64,000 nucleotides of DNA from Syntrophales bacterium (GCA_963665615.2 CAXXQE010000007.1:186001-250000), one strand, 5' to 3'. Counted from the first letter of the stretch, positions 26,798 to 37,635 are shown. Notes: generated by a model not told the origin, from the sequence alone. Made by a program: numbers and translations.

Positions 26798-27859
26798 TCA
26801 GATCATCCGGGCGATCTCTTCCATCAGAATGGAGACAAAGTCCTTCTCGGCGATCTTTCGGACGATCTTGCCCTTCTTGAAGAGGAGGCCCGTGCCGCGT
26901 CCTCCGGCAATGCCGATATCCGCCTCGGCAGCTTCGCCGGGCCCATTGACCACGCAGCCCATGAGCGCCACCTTGATATCCGCCTGGACACCGGCAAGTC
27001 GCTTCTCAACGCTCCGCACGAGCTTTGGCAGATCGATCTCGCAACGCCCGCAGGTCGGGCAGGACACGATATCCGGGCCGATGCGGCGAATGTTCAACGC
27101 CCGCAAAATGCCGTAGGCGACAGGGATCTCTGATACCGGATCGCCGGTCACGGATACCCGGATCGTGTCGCCAATCCCCTCATGCAGCAGAATGCCGATC
27201 CCGACCGCCGATTTGATGCTCGCAGGCAAGAGCGTGCCGGCCTCGGTGACGCCGACGTGCAGGGGATAATCCGTGGCCTGCGAGAGGGTCCGATAGGCCT
27301 CGATCATCGTCGGCACATCAGAAGATTTCACAGAGAGCTTGATCTGCGACAGACCGTAGCCCTCAAAGAGGGCGATCGTTTCCAGGGCGCTTTCCGCCAG
27401 CGCCTCGGCCGTGGGTCCGCCGTATTTTGCGAGCAACCGCTTTTCGAGCGACCCGGCGTTGATGCCGATTCGGATGGCGGCCCGCTGATCGCGCGCCGCA
27501 GTGGCGATCTTTTTGAGATGCTCTTTCTTGATATTGCCCGGATTGATCCGGATACCGTCCACGCCGGCTTTCAGCGCGGTCAACGCCAGACGATAATCGA
27601 AGTGAATATCCGCAATGAGCGGTAGACTGATCCTCTCCTTGATCGTCCCGAGAGCGGAGGCGGCCTCGGCATCTGGAACGGCCACCCGCACGATCTCGCA
27701 ACCGGCCTTTTGAAGCCGACGGATCTGCGCCACCGTTCGCGCCACGTCACGGGTGTCGGTATTGGTCATGGACTGGACAACCACGGGCGCATCGCCGCCG
27801 ACCTGTATGGATCCCACGCTGATCGGTTTTGTCTTCTTTCGCTCTGCGCTTTTCCTCAT
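26798..27859 (-). CDS. ispG: 4-hydroxy-3-methylbut-2-en-1-yl diphosphate synthase
   Basis: VQSMTNT, ADIHF, RINPGN, SCPTCGRC, MGCVVNGPGE. Confidence 0.97.
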   Translation of the reverse strand: MRKSAERKKTKPISVGSIQVGGDAPVVVQSMTNTDTRDVARTVAQIRRLQKAGCEIVRVAVPDAEAASALGTIKERISLPLIADIHFDYRLALTALKAGVDGIRINPGNIKKEHLKKIATAARDQRAAIRIGINAGSLEKRLLAKYGGPTAEALAESALETIALFEGYGLSQIKLSVKSSDVPTMIEAYRTLSQATDYPLHVGVTEAGTLLPASIKSAVGIGILLHEGIGDTIRVSVTGDPVSEIPVAYGILRALNIRRIGPDIVSCPTCGRCEIDLPKLVRSVEKRLAGVQADIKVALMGCVVNGPGEAAEADIGIAGGRGTGLLFKKGKIVRKIAEKDFVSILMEEIARMI

Positions 27860-27861
27860 GG

Positions 27862-29058
27862 TCAGGACAGGGCCAGCACGGCCTTGCGGATGCGTTCGAT
27901 TCCCTCTTCGATATTCTTCATTGACGTGGCGTAGGACAGCCGGATGTGATCGTCGTTGCCGAAGGCGCTTCCCGGCACCACGGCAACATCGGCCTTGTCG
28001 AGCAGATACTCCGACAGGTCGTGAGAAGAAGCGATCGTCTTGCCAGCGTCTTGCCTGCCATACAGCGCGGACACGTTCGGAAAGACATAGAAGGCGCCTT
28101 CAGGCTTGAGGCAGGTGATCCCCGGAATCGCGTTGAGGCCGGAAACGATATAGTCGCGTCTCTTCCGGAAATCCTCCACCATGTGCGCGATAATCGCCTG
28201 ATCCCCCCTCAGGGCCTCAACCGCAGCCTTCTGTGCGATGGACGTGGGATTCGAAGTGCTCTGGCTCTGCATCTCCGTGGCGGCCGAAATGACATGCGAC
28301 GGTCCCGCGGCATAGCCGATCCGCCAACCGGTCATGGCGTAAGATTTCGACACTCCGTTGATGACGATGCTCTGGGGTTGCAACTCCGGACAGGCCGTGA
28401 CGATGTTCGTGAATTTGAAGCCATCATAGACGATCTTTTCATAGATGTCGTCCGAGATCACGACGATCTCTTTGTCGAGGAGAACCACCGCCAGGGCCTT
28501 CAACTCGGCCTCGGTATAGGCGGAACCGGTCGGGTTGGAAGGACTGTTGATGAAAACAGCCTTCGTCTTCGGCGTGATCGCCCGGGCCAGATCGTCGGGC
28601 GTCACCTTGAATCCGCTTGCCTCGCGCGTCTGGACAATGACGGGTGTCGCGCCGGCCAGCAACACGATATCGGGATAGGAGACCCAATAAGGGGCCGGCA
28701 CGAGCACTTCATCCCCACCGTCGAGGAGCACCTGGGCGATATTGAATATGGAATGTTTCGCCCCGCAGGAGACGAAGACCTCCGACCGCTTGTAGGTCAG
28801 GGCATTGTCCGCCTTGAGCTTTTCGATGATGCCGTCCTTGAGTTCATCGATGCCGCCGACGGCCGTGTATTTCGTGAAGCCGCTCTCAATGGCGGCGATA
28901 GCGGCCTGCTTGACATTGGCCGGGGTATCAAAATCGGGTTCTCCTGCCCCGAAGCCGATAATCTTGCGCCCTTGCGCCCGCAGGGCGTTGGCTCTTGCCG
29001 TAATGGCAAGTGTGGGCGACGGTTTGATGACTTTAGTCCGCGATGCCAGTTGAATCAT
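27862..29058 (-). CDS. aspC: PLP-dependent class I aminotransferase (aspartate aminotransferase type)
   Basis: GAGEPDFDTP, NSPSNPTG, SDDIYE, SKSYAMTGWRIGY. Confidence 0.85.
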   Translation of the reverse strand: MIQLASRTKVIKPSPTLAITARANALRAQGRKIIGFGAGEPDFDTPANVKQAAIAAIESGFTKYTAVGGIDELKDGIIEKLKADNALTYKRSEVFVSCGAKHSIFNIAQVLLDGGDEVLVPAPYWVSYPDIVLLAGATPVIVQTREASGFKVTPDDLARAITPKTKAVFINSPSNPTGSAYTEAELKALAVVLLDKEIVVISDDIYEKIVYDGFKFTNIVTACPELQPQSIVINGVSKSYAMTGWRIGYAAGPSHVISAATEMQSQSTSNPTSIAQKAAVEALRGDQAIIAHMVEDFRKRRDYIVSGLNAIPGITCLKPEGAFYVFPNVSALYGRQDAGKTIASSHDLSEYLLDKADVAVVPGSAFGNDDHIRLSYATSMKNIEEGIERIRKAVLALS

Positions 29059-29059
29059 G

Positions 29060-29557
29060 TCACTCCTGCTCCCCGTTCCTTGCCAGTTTGTCCTGAAGGC
29101 GGCGGTACACGGGATCCGGGACCAGGCCTTTGACGGACCCGCCGTGATTCGCCACTTCCTTGACGAGCGTGGAACTGGTAAAAAACCACTTGAAGCCTGT
29201 CATCAAAAAGACGCTTTCCACCTGCCGGTTGAGCCGCCGATTCATCAGCGCCATCTGGAATTCGAACTCGAAGTCTGAGACCGCCCTCAATCCTCGAAGG
29301 ATCGCGTGCACGCCGGACTGGTTGAGATAGTCCACCAGAAGACCGTTCCAGCACTCGACCGTGATTTTTGGATCTTCACTGACGACCTCCCGGATCATCT
29401 CGATGCGCTCGTCAACGGTAAAAAACCCCGATTTAGACTGATTGTAGGCGACCAGTATGATCAGCTTGTCGAAAAAATTGATACCCCGCTTGATGATATC
29501 CAGGTGCCCATTGGTAATGGGATCAAATGAACCCGGATAAACAGCGATACGTTCCAT
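29060..29557 (-). CDS. coaD: Pantetheine-phosphate adenylyltransferase
   Basis: YPGSFDPITNGH, RGLRAVSDFEFE. Confidence 0.96.
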   Translation of the reverse strand: MERIAVYPGSFDPITNGHLDIIKRGINFFDKLIILVAYNQSKSGFFTVDERIEMIREVVSEDPKITVECWNGLLVDYLNQSGVHAILRGLRAVSDFEFEFQMALMNRRLNRQVESVFLMTGFKWFFTSSTLVKEVANHGGSVKGLVPDPVYRRLQDKLARNGEQE

Positions 29558-29576
29558 AACCAAACGTCCTCACTCT

Positions 29577-30167
29577 TTACTCTTTAGATGCCGTCAAAAG
29601 GCCGTCGCCATTTGATGTCCGCTTGAAGATAGATAAGAGCGTGTCTCCGTACTTTCGCTGATCGACCCGTTCGAGCGCTTCCATACGCTGCGGCACCTCT
29701 TCCCTGGGAGAATGCTGGAGGACCATCACGCCATCTGTCTTCAGCAGCGCACCGTTTTCCAAGCGTCGCAGGATCGCTTTCATAAAACCAAGGTCATAGG
29801 GCGGATCGGCAAAAACGATATCGAAGCGCTCCCCCCGACGGGTCAGTTGATCGACGGCTCGATCAACGGGCATCCGCAATATCTCGCATCCGTCATCGAA
29901 ACCGCACTTCTCAATATTGCGCCGAATCACATCGATCATCGCCGGATCGCTCTCAACGAAGCAGACACGGCGAGCCCCCCTGCTGAGGGCCTCCAGTCCC
30001 ACATTGCCGGTTCCCGCATACAGGTCGATCAGCGAGCACCCCTCTGGATCGGGAAGCAGGTTGAAGAGCGCCTCTTTGACACGATCCGATGTCGGCCTGG
30101 CAGGCTTCTTACCTGGAACGGAATAAAGCCGATAGCCCTTGGCTCGACCAGAGATGATTCTGAGCAT
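29577..30167 (-). CDS. rsmD: 16S rRNA m2G966 methyltransferase
   Basis: RPTSDRVKEALFN, DLYAGTG, DPPY. Confidence 0.92.
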   Translation of the reverse strand: MLRIISGRAKGYRLYSVPGKKPARPTSDRVKEALFNLLPDPEGCSLIDLYAGTGNVGLEALSRGARRVCFVESDPAMIDVIRRNIEKCGFDDGCEILRMPVDRAVDQLTRRGERFDIVFADPPYDLGFMKAILRRLENGALLKTDGVMVLQHSPREEVPQRMEALERVDQRKYGDTLLSIFKRTSNGDGLLTASKE

Positions 30168-31186
30168 TACTTCAGGTAGTCCCGAATCAGGACCTCGGCA
30201 ATCTGCACGGCATTGAGGGCAGCTCCCTTGCGCAGGTTATCCGAAACCACCCAGATGTTGATGCCGTTCGCAATCGATTCGTCCTCGCGAATTCTGCCCA
30301 CAAAGGTCTCGTCCTTGCCGGCCGCGTTGATCGCGAGCGGATACTCCAGGGCAGCGGGGTTATCGACAACACAAATGCCGGGCGCCTTCGAAAGGAGACT
30401 CCGAACCTCTGCCGCCGAAATCTTCTTTTCCGTCTCGATGTTGACGGACTCCGAATGGGCGCGCAGCACCGGGACGCGTACGGTGGTGGCGGTGACCGCA
30501 ATCGAGTCGTCTCCCATGATTTTCTTTGTCTCCCGGATCATCTTCATCTCTTCTTTCGTGTAGCCGTTTTCCATGAAGACATCGATTTGCGGCAGACAGT
30601 TGAAGGCGATCTGATGGGGATAGACCTTGATGGATGGCGCTTTGAAATTCAAGATCGCCGTCGTCTGCGCGATCAACTCGTCCATGGCCTTTTTGCCGGT
30701 TCCCGAAACAGACTGATAGGTGGAAACGACGATGCGTTTGATGCGGGCCGCATCATGGATCGGTTTGAGCGCAACAACCATCTGGATCGTAGAACAGTTG
30801 GGATTGGCGATAATGCCCTTTTTCGTGTACTGTGCGATCGCCTCGGGGTTGACCTCGGGTACGACGAGGGGAACATCGGGATCCATCCGGAAAGCGTTCG
30901 TATTGTCGATCACCACGCATCCCGCAGCCGCTGCGACCGGAGCGAACTTCTCGCTGGTGCTGCCACCCGCCGAGAACAGACCGATATCGATCCCCTTGAA
31001 TGAGTCTTCATTCAGAACCTTGACCGGCTGCATCTTTCCCTTAAAGGGCAATTGTTTGCCTTCGGAGCGCTCCGACGCCAGATACGTTACTTCGCCGACC
31101 GGAAAATTCCGCTCTTCCAGAACCGCGATCATTTCATTTCCGACTGCGCCGGTGGCTCCGACAACGGCGACATGGTACTTTCTCAT
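30167..31186 (-). CDS. asd: Aspartate-semialdehyde dehydrogenase
   Basis: GATGAVG, ANPNCSTIQ, DNLRKGAALNAVQIAE. Confidence 0.97.
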   Translation of the reverse strand: MRKYHVAVVGATGAVGNEMIAVLEERNFPVGEVTYLASERSEGKQLPFKGKMQPVKVLNEDSFKGIDIGLFSAGGSTSEKFAPVAAAAGCVVIDNTNAFRMDPDVPLVVPEVNPEAIAQYTKKGIIANPNCSTIQMVVALKPIHDAARIKRIVVSTYQSVSGTGKKAMDELIAQTTAILNFKAPSIKVYPHQIAFNCLPQIDVFMENGYTKEEMKMIRETKKIMGDDSIAVTATTVRVPVLRAHSESVNIETEKKISAAEVRSLLSKAPGICVVDNPAALEYPLAINAAGKDETFVGRIREDESIANGINIWVVSDNLRKGAALNAVQIAEVLIRDYLK

Positions 31187-31205
31187 CTCTTCTCCCCTTT
31201 ATCCC

Positions 31206-31943
31206 TTATATCAACCGATGTTCAATATGCTCGGCATGGGTCGTTCTTTGTCTGATATGCCTGACGGCAGCATAGATCGGCCCGGACATGGCGTAGCCAA
31301 AGGAAAAGGTAAAGGCCGTAATCTGCGGCTCCGCTGCCACGACAATCAATATCAGCACGATCGCGATAAAAGACATGAAAGGCTTTCGCAGGAAGTAATT
31401 CAGGTCTTTGAAACTATAGTACTTGATGCTGCTGACCATCAAGAGCGCAACGCCGGACACGCCGAACAAGACGCCCAGATGCTGAAACTTGCCCGCCCCG
31501 CCGAGAAACTGCCATAGAATAACCGATGTGGCAATGACGGCCGCGGCGGCCGGTATGGCCAGACCGTTGAAAACGCCCTTATCGATGACGTGAACTTGAA
31601 CATTGAAACGCGCCAGACGCAGAGCGCCGCAGGCGACAAAGAAAAAGGCGGCAAACCAGCCCCATTTACCGAAGCCTGACAGAGACCACGTATAGGCCAG
31701 CATCGCCGGGGCCACCCCAAAAGCGACCAGATCGCACAGCGAGTCGTATTCCATACCAAATCGGCTGGTCGTATTGGTCATCCGGGCCATCCTGCCGTCC
31801 AGCCCATCGAGAACGAGGGAGATAATGATGGCGTAGGCGGCTGGGAGGAAACTCCCCTTCATCGCGGCCGTGACCGAATAAATCCCCGCAAAGAGGCTTG
31901 CCGTCGTAAAAAGGTTCGGCAGAACGTAGATCCCCTTCTTCAT
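31206..31943 (-). CDS. pssA: CDP-diacylglycerol--serine O-phosphatidyltransferase
   Basis: LPNLFT, DGLDGRMAR...G.EYDSLCD, LRLARFN. Confidence 0.93.
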   Translation of the reverse strand: MKKGIYVLPNLFTTASLFAGIYSVTAAMKGSFLPAAYAIIISLVLDGLDGRMARMTNTTSRFGMEYDSLCDLVAFGVAPAMLAYTWSLSGFGKWGWFAAFFFVACGALRLARFNVQVHVIDKGVFNGLAIPAAAAVIATSVILWQFLGGAGKFQHLGVLFGVSGVALLMVSSIKYYSFKDLNYFLRKPFMSFIAIVLILIVVAAEPQITAFTFSFGYAMSGPIYAAVRHIRQRTTHAEHIEHRLI

Positions 31944-31984
31944 ATGATCTTTTTTGAAATGCGCCTGAAAACGTCCTCTTCCTT

Positions 31985-32641
31985 TCATAAAAGCCATCCT
32001 ATAATGGTGCTTCCGGATTTGACACGGTCACCGATCTTTACATCGATCCTTGCGTTCAAGGGCAAAAACAGATCGACGCGCGATCCGAAGCAAATCAGGC
32101 CGAATCGCTCACCACGCGCGACATCCATGCCGGGATTGAGCCAGCAAATTATACGTCGGGCAATCAATCCTGCGACTTGCACAAAGACAACCTTACGTCC
32201 CTGAGGCGTGACGAGACCGATCAGGTTCTTCTCATTGTGTTCCGACGCCCGGTCCAGATCCGCCGACAGAAAAGAGCCTTTTTGATAATGCAAGGCTTCG
32301 ATCCGGCCGTCACAGGGAATGCGGTTGACATGAACATCGAAGACATTCATGAAAATAGAAACTTTAAGGCAGCGTTCTTGAAGATGGCGCTCTTCGGTGC
32401 TCTCCTCGATTCGAATGATTCGTCCATCCGCGGGAGAAACAATCGCCCCGGACAGATCACCCCCGGCAGCGACGGCTCGTTCGGGATTGCGAAAAAACCA
32501 GATACAGAAAAACAGCAGGAGGGCGATCAGCGAGGCGAGAAGATGCATCTGAAGGATCGCGGCCGCTATGGCTGCGACAAGGAGAGGAATGATAAAATAG
32601 AGCCCCTCCCTGATAATCGGTTCTTTTCTCTCCGGTAGCAT
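31985..32641 (-). CDS. psd: Phosphatidylserine decarboxylase
   Basis: FFRNPER, SPADG, DVHVNR, FGSRVD cleavage motif. Confidence 0.93.
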   Translation of the reverse strand: MLPERKEPIIREGLYFIIPLLVAAIAAAILQMHLLASLIALLLFFCIWFFRNPERAVAAGGDLSGAIVSPADGRIIRIEESTEERHLQERCLKVSIFMNVFDVHVNRIPCDGRIEALHYQKGSFLSADLDRASEHNEKNLIGLVTPQGRKVVFVQVAGLIARRIICWLNPGMDVARGERFGLICFGSRVDLFLPLNARIDVKIGDRVKSGSTIIGWLL

Positions 32642-32834
32642 GGTGTATATGATTCCATCCGCTTACGGGAGCATCCGGTCGGACGATGGATTCTCCCTTC
32701 TTATCACTTGCGTCGCGTGATCCCGACGCGTTGCACCCTATCGCAATCGGTCCCCAAAGCGCCGCGGGGTTCGAGACTGCATTTATATGAAAGACCGCAT
32801 AAAGTCAATGATCCTGACAATATAAACACCGTTT

Positions 32835-33530
32835 TCACGAGAGACGGCCGCCGCGCTCCACCTCTGAAGCCCGGATATAGACGGGAACAAAGGTCAGGTT
32901 GTCAACCAACTCGCCACGGCGGCATTTTTCCAAGGCGATCAAACCGACGGACGAGGCGCGAATCAGCTGTTGATGCGGAGGAGCGACCGTGTAATGCCCT
33001 CCAAGGATTTCGTCAAGCAGTGGCGCGAACGTACGCGTGCCGTCCCCCATCAAAATGACTTTGTCGGACGCCAGGCGCGCGAGAACATTTCTGGGATCCT
33101 CCACCGTATCGTCCCTCAGTCGCTCAGGTGGACCACCGTCCAGCTCGGAGCGAAAGAGCGCCGTATAGACCTGGCCCCGTTTGGCATCAAGAAAGGGGCA
33201 AATCAGGTGCGGGCATCCGGAGAGATTCCAGGCAAGCGCCTCAAGGCTTGACACCGATACGACGGGTCTTTGCGTCGACAAGGCCAGCCCCTTCACCACG
33301 CTGATGCCGATCCGCAGGCCGGTAAAGGATCCGGGACCGGTTGTGACCGCAAAACAGTCGATTTCTGACCAATCGAGCGCGGAGTGCTTCATTGCTTCAT
33401 TGAGCGCGGGCAGAAGGGTTTCCGAATGCGTCAGACCACTATTGACGACAGTTTCCCACAGCACGCTCGCATCGCTCAACAGCGCCACGCTGCCGGAAGT
33501 GGTCGAGGTATCAACGGCCAGGATCTTCAT
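32835..33530 (-). CDS. tsaB: tRNA threonylcarbamoyladenosine biosynthesis protein TsaB
   Basis: LAVDTST, GPGSFTGLRIG, DAKRGQVY. Confidence 0.93.
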   Translation of the reverse strand: MKILAVDTSTTSGSVALLSDASVLWETVVNSGLTHSETLLPALNEAMKHSALDWSEIDCFAVTTGPGSFTGLRIGISVVKGLALSTQRPVVSVSSLEALAWNLSGCPHLICPFLDAKRGQVYTALFRSELDGGPPERLRDDTVEDPRNVLARLASDKVILMGDGTRTFAPLLDEILGGHYTVAPPHQQLIRASSVGLIALEKCRRGELVDNLTFVPVYIRASEVERGGRLS

Positions 33531-33531
33531 G

Positions 33532-34611
33532 TCATTTATTGATGATCCGCACGATATCGTTGTAAAAAACGAACAGCATCAGGATCACCAGGAGAAAGAG
33601 CCCGATCTGCTGCGCAATTTCCCGCCATTTCAAGTTCACTTCACGACCGATGATCAACTCGATCACGTTAAAGAAAAGATGGCCGCCGTCGAGCACAGGA
33701 ATGGGAAGCAGATTCAGTATAGACAGGTTCACGCTCAGAAGTCCCATCAGAAACAGAAAGGATACGAGCCCCTGCTTGACCTGCGCGCCGGCCAGTTGGG
33801 CTATGAGAATAGGCCCTCCCAGTGTCTTGGGAGAGACGACTCCTTCGATCATCTTCACCACGCTCAAGACGGTCAATTCAATCACGTTCCATGTTTTTTT
33901 GACGCCTGAAACGAGCGCACGCGCGGGATTCTCGCTGCGGATGACGAACTGATCGGATTGGATAATGCCCATCTTGTATGCACGCGTCTTTTCGCCGAAG
34001 ATGTTGGTGGCATTGGTAAGCTGCGGTATAACACGAATCGCTTTCTCCTCCGCGCCTCTTTTCACCGTGACCCTCAGCTCCCGACCGTTGCTGCCGGAAA
34101 CGTTCTCAACGACATCCCCCCAATCGGCGATCTTCTGATCGTTGATCTGAACAATCACATCCTTGGCCTGAAGCCCGCTTGATTCGGCGACAGAGGCCTT
34201 CTGGATTTCGCCGATTTCCGCCGTTGGAACGGGAACCCCCAACATATAACCTGTCCAGAAGAATATGACCGCAAAGAGCAGATTGAAGATCGGTCCCGCC
34301 GCAACAATCGCAATTCGCTTGGATACTGTCTGTTTCAGAAAGGATCGCTTCTCATCCGCTTCAGAAACCTCTTCGCTCTCAGACTCTCCCAGGAGCTTGA
34401 CATATCCGCCCAAAGGAACAGCGGAAACCAGGTATTCCGTTTCGCCGTATTTGCGTCCGAAGAGCTTCGGCCCAAACCCCAGGGAAAACTTCAGAACTCC
34501 GACGCCGGAGAGCTTTGCGACCAGAAAATGGCCCAGTTCATGGACAAAAATTAAAATCACCAGTAAAACGATTACGCCACCGATGCTGTATAGGAGATTG
34601 ATATCGATCAT
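33532..34611 (-). CDS. rseP: RIP metalloprotease RseP
   Basis: HELGH, PDZ domain, NLLPIPVLDGGH. Confidence 0.95.
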   Translation of the reverse strand: MIDINLLYSIGGVIVLLVILIFVHELGHFLVAKLSGVGVLKFSLGFGPKLFGRKYGETEYLVSAVPLGGYVKLLGESESEEVSEADEKRSFLKQTVSKRIAIVAAGPIFNLLFAVIFFWTGYMLGVPVPTAEIGEIQKASVAESSGLQAKDVIVQINDQKIADWGDVVENVSGSNGRELRVTVKRGAEEKAIRVIPQLTNATNIFGEKTRAYKMGIIQSDQFVIRSENPARALVSGVKKTWNVIELTVLSVVKMIEGVVSPKTLGGPILIAQLAGAQVKQGLVSFLFLMGLLSVNLSILNLLPIPVLDGGHLFFNVIELIIGREVNLKWREIAQQIGLFLLVILMLFVFYNDIVRIINK

Positions 34612-35795
34612 TTTTTCATTCCTAGTATAAATTCGGCCGCCCGTTGCCTGGCCCACCGATCCACGTCCAGGATCGCCTGGATCGATGCGGGCGTCGGGCC
34701 TAAGCGTTGCGACATGGCCGCATATTCTGTCATTGTCCCTTGAATAAGTACAGTCATATCTACAAAAGAAATGGCGCCCTCGACAAAGGCCTCGACGGCC
34801 ACCTCGTTGACGGCGTTGAGGACCGTCGGCGCCCCCCCTCCCCTTCGACCCGCTTCATAGGCCAGGGCAAGGTTCGGAAAACGTTCAAGGTCGGGTGGAA
34901 GGAATTCCAACGGCTTGACGGAATGGAAATCCAACCGCATGTCATGGGGCATTGCCATCCTCTCGGGGTAACAAAGGGCATAGGAGATCGGAATCCTCAT
35001 ATCCGGTATGCCCAGTTGGGCAATCACGGAGCCGTCGGTGAATGCCACCATGGAGTGGATGATGCTCTGCGGATGGACACAGACCTCGATGCGCTCGAAC
35101 GGGACATCGAAAAGCCATCGCGCCTCAATCACTTCCAACCCCTTGTTCATCATCGAGGCGGAATCCACCGTTATCTTCTTTCCCATCTTCCAGTTCGGGT
35201 GATGAAGCGCATCGGCAACTGTAATGGAAGCGAAGTCCTCCTTCGAGCGATGAAGAAACGGCCCCCCGGAAGCCGTCAGAATGATTCTTTCGACGTGCCG
35301 CTTGTTCTGACCCTCCAGGCACTGAAAGACGGCGCTGTGCTCACTGTCCACCGGAAACACCCGCACACCCCGGCGTCTGGCCTCCTCCATGACAATCTCA
35401 CCGGCCATGACAAGGGTTTCCTTGTTGGCCAGCGCGATGGTCTTGCCGGCACGAATTGCCTCCCAAGTGGGCAGAAGGCCGGCTGCGCCGACCATGGCTG
35501 AAAGCACCAATTCCGCGTTTGAATCCGCCGCCAGCTCCCGGTAACCTTGCTCTCCCCAGAGAATCCGGGGACCACCGTTCGGGGGTAAAAGCTCCCGCAG
35601 TTGGTCGGCCTCGGCCTGGGAAAGCACAGCCACCACCGGCGGACGGAAATGTTCGATCTGCTCCCGCAGAAGTCGGACATTGCGGCCTGCCGCGAGACCC
35701 GATATCGTAAAGGCGCCCCCGCTTCTCGAGACCACATCCAGCGCGCTGACGCCGATAGAGCCCGTAGCGCCAAGAATCGTAATCCGTTTCGTCAT
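34608..35795 (-). CDS. dxr: 1-deoxy-D-xylulose-5-phosphate reductoisomerase
   Basis: LGATGSIG, ANKE, PVDSEH, MNKGLEVIEA. Confidence 0.97.
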   Translation of the reverse strand: MTKRITILGATGSIGVSALDVVSRSGGAFTISGLAAGRNVRLLREQIEHFRPPVVAVLSQAEADQLRELLPPNGGPRILWGEQGYRELAADSNAELVLSAMVGAAGLLPTWEAIRAGKTIALANKETLVMAGEIVMEEARRRGVRVFPVDSEHSAVFQCLEGQNKRHVERIILTASGGPFLHRSKEDFASITVADALHHPNWKMGKKITVDSASMMNKGLEVIEARWLFDVPFERIEVCVHPQSIIHSMVAFTDGSVIAQLGIPDMRIPISYALCYPERMAMPHDMRLDFHSVKPLEFLPPDLERFPNLALAYEAGRRGGGAPTVLNAVNEVAVEAFVEGAISFVDMTVLIQGTMTEYAAMSQRLGPTPASIQAILDVDRWARQRAAEFILGMKK

Positions 35796-36619
35796 CCGAT
35801 CCAAATAACCTTGTAGTAATAGACAAAAGGCGCGGCGAAGAGAAAAGCGTCTACCCTGTCGAGAACCCCGCCGTGACCCGGCAGCAGCCTGCCCGAGTCC
35901 TTCGCCCCGCTCGATCGCTTCATTAGCGACTCACCGAGATCGCCGAGTTGCGCCAGCAGATTGGTTCCCGCCCCCACGAGCAGCAGATGCAACCAAGACA
36001 CTTCCGGTAGAACGTAATGACCATACAGGCAGGCTACAATCACCCCAGCCGACAGGGACGCCATTGCCCCTTCCCAGGTCTTGGCGGGACTGACGGCCGG
36101 CATGAGCTTCCTTTTCCCAAACTTGGTACCAACGAAAAAAGCCGCGACATCCCCGGCGACAACGATCAAAAACATCATGAGAAGCCACCAGGCTCCTGCC
36201 CGGGTCTGTCGCAGCAGTGCGAGATGAGACAACAAAAGCGGCAGGACGCAATAGCCGAAGATTCTCTGACAGACCACGGCCATATCCGGACGCTCAGGCG
36301 TCCGCGCTATCTGGTATTGAATCATGTAGCGAATGACGATCCAGATGATCACCCCTGTTATCGCGCCGGATAAATGGTTCCCGCCCGCATTGTAGCAGGA
36401 CGCCACCACGATGAAGGCCATCAGGCCCCCCTCGACTGTTTCCGGACGTGTCATGCGGCCGAAGGACATCTGGGCATATTCAAAAGAAGCCAGCAATGCA
36501 ACGACGCCGACGAACGACAAGAAAACGATCCCGGGCGCCCAGACGATCAGGACGACAACTGACGGACCTGCAATCAGGGCCGTGATCCATCTTTTCAGAA
36601 GAGAACTCGTCATACGCAA
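35792..36619 (-). CDS. cdsA: Phosphatidate cytidylyltransferase
   Basis: SPAKTWEG, GDLGESLMKR...KDSG.LLPGHGGVLDRVD. Confidence 0.93.
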   Translation of the reverse strand: MRMTSSLLKRWITALIAGPSVVVLIVWAPGIVFLSFVGVVALLASFEYAQMSFGRMTRPETVEGGLMAFIVVASCYNAGGNHLSGAITGVIIWIVIRYMIQYQIARTPERPDMAVVCQRIFGYCVLPLLLSHLALLRQTRAGAWWLLMMFLIVVAGDVAAFFVGTKFGKRKLMPAVSPAKTWEGAMASLSAGVIVACLYGHYVLPEVSWLHLLLVGAGTNLLAQLGDLGESLMKRSSGAKDSGRLLPGHGGVLDRVDAFLFAAPFVYYYKVIWIG

Positions 36620-36639
36620 TCGTTAAATCCTTTGTAGCC

Positions 36640-37374
36640 TTATGCCTTAAGCTGCTCTCGCGTCAAACCGAAGCGGCGTTCTCTCTTCTGAAAGGCAGCA
36701 ATCGCAGCGATCAAATGTTCTTTGTCGAAATCCGGCCAAAGCACATCTGTGAAATAAAATTCGGCGTAGGCTGCTTGCCAGATGAGAAAATTGCTCAGAC
36801 GGTACTCGCCGCTGGTGCGAATAATCAGATCCGGATCGGGCATACCGGATGTATCGAGATAATGGGAAAACGCATCCACCGACAGGCTTGCCGTGCCGAG
36901 TTTCCCCGCCCGGAAATCTTCGGAGATGTGCTGAACTGCCCGAAGGATTTCATCCCGACCGCCATAGCTTAGGGCCAACGTCAACACCATCCCGTCATTG
37001 TTTCGTGTCTTCTCCATCGCACCTGCCAGCGTCCCACGGATCGCTTCCGGCAAGGACGCACGATTGCCGATCGTGTTGAAACGGATATTGTGCGCGACCA
37101 TGGTTGAAAGCTCTTTCTTGATAAACTCATTGAGAAGACGCATCAGGGCGCCGACTTCTCCCTGCGGACGGAGCCAGTTCTCAACCGAGAAAGCATAAAG
37201 TGTCAGATAACGCAGGCCGAGCTCCCTTGAGGCTGTCACGACTCTTCGTACGGCCTCCGCGCCGGCCCGATGGCCTTTAATGCGGCTGAGGGCTTTTTTT
37301 TCGGCCCAGCGACCATTGCCATCCATGATGATGGCGACATGATCGGGAAGGCGGGAGGAATCAATTTTTTTCAT
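36640..37374 (-). CDS. uppS: Undecaprenyl diphosphate synthase
   Basis: IIMDGNGRWA, YAFSVENW, RTSGEYRLSNFLIWQ. Confidence 0.96.
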   Translation of the reverse strand: MKKIDSSRLPDHVAIIMDGNGRWAEKKALSRIKGHRAGAEAVRRVVTASRELGLRYLTLYAFSVENWLRPQGEVGALMRLLNEFIKKELSTMVAHNIRFNTIGNRASLPEAIRGTLAGAMEKTRNNDGMVLTLALSYGGRDEILRAVQHISEDFRAGKLGTASLSVDAFSHYLDTSGMPDPDLIIRTSGEYRLSNFLIWQAAYAEFYFTDVLWPDFDKEHLIAAIAAFQKRERRFGLTREQLKA

Positions 37375-37451
37375 GTGCTTTCCAGATGTTATATTAGCTG
37401 TACGTATCATACTCGCCGGCTTAATTCAAGAAAGACACTCCGAAATCTATT

Positions 37452-37560
37452 GATGACTCACCGGGGCAAGCTCCGGCGAATCTCCGATTCCCAAGGTAGC
37501 TGCTTTTTCCTGATTCGCTCACTTACCCCGCCGCAAGCAGCGGGAAATGCGCTCGCTGAA
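37452..37560 (+). repeat. Double-hairpin (GCAAGC loop) MITE/REP-like element, full copy
   Basis: Hairpins ctcaccggg-gcaagc-tccggcgaa and cccgcc-gcaagc-agcggg; related copies at 21936, 52324 and 54402. Confidence 0.7.
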
Positions 37561-37566
37561 GAATCC

Positions 37567-37602
37567 AAAAAAAAGGGAGTCATCGTCGTGACTCCCCTTT
37601 TT
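37567..37602 (-). terminator. Intrinsic terminator after frr
   Basis: aaaaaaaagggagtca-tcgtcg-tgactccccttttt. Confidence 0.75.
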
Positions 37603-37635
37603 CACAAAATATTGCACCACCGCTCGGCTGTCCCC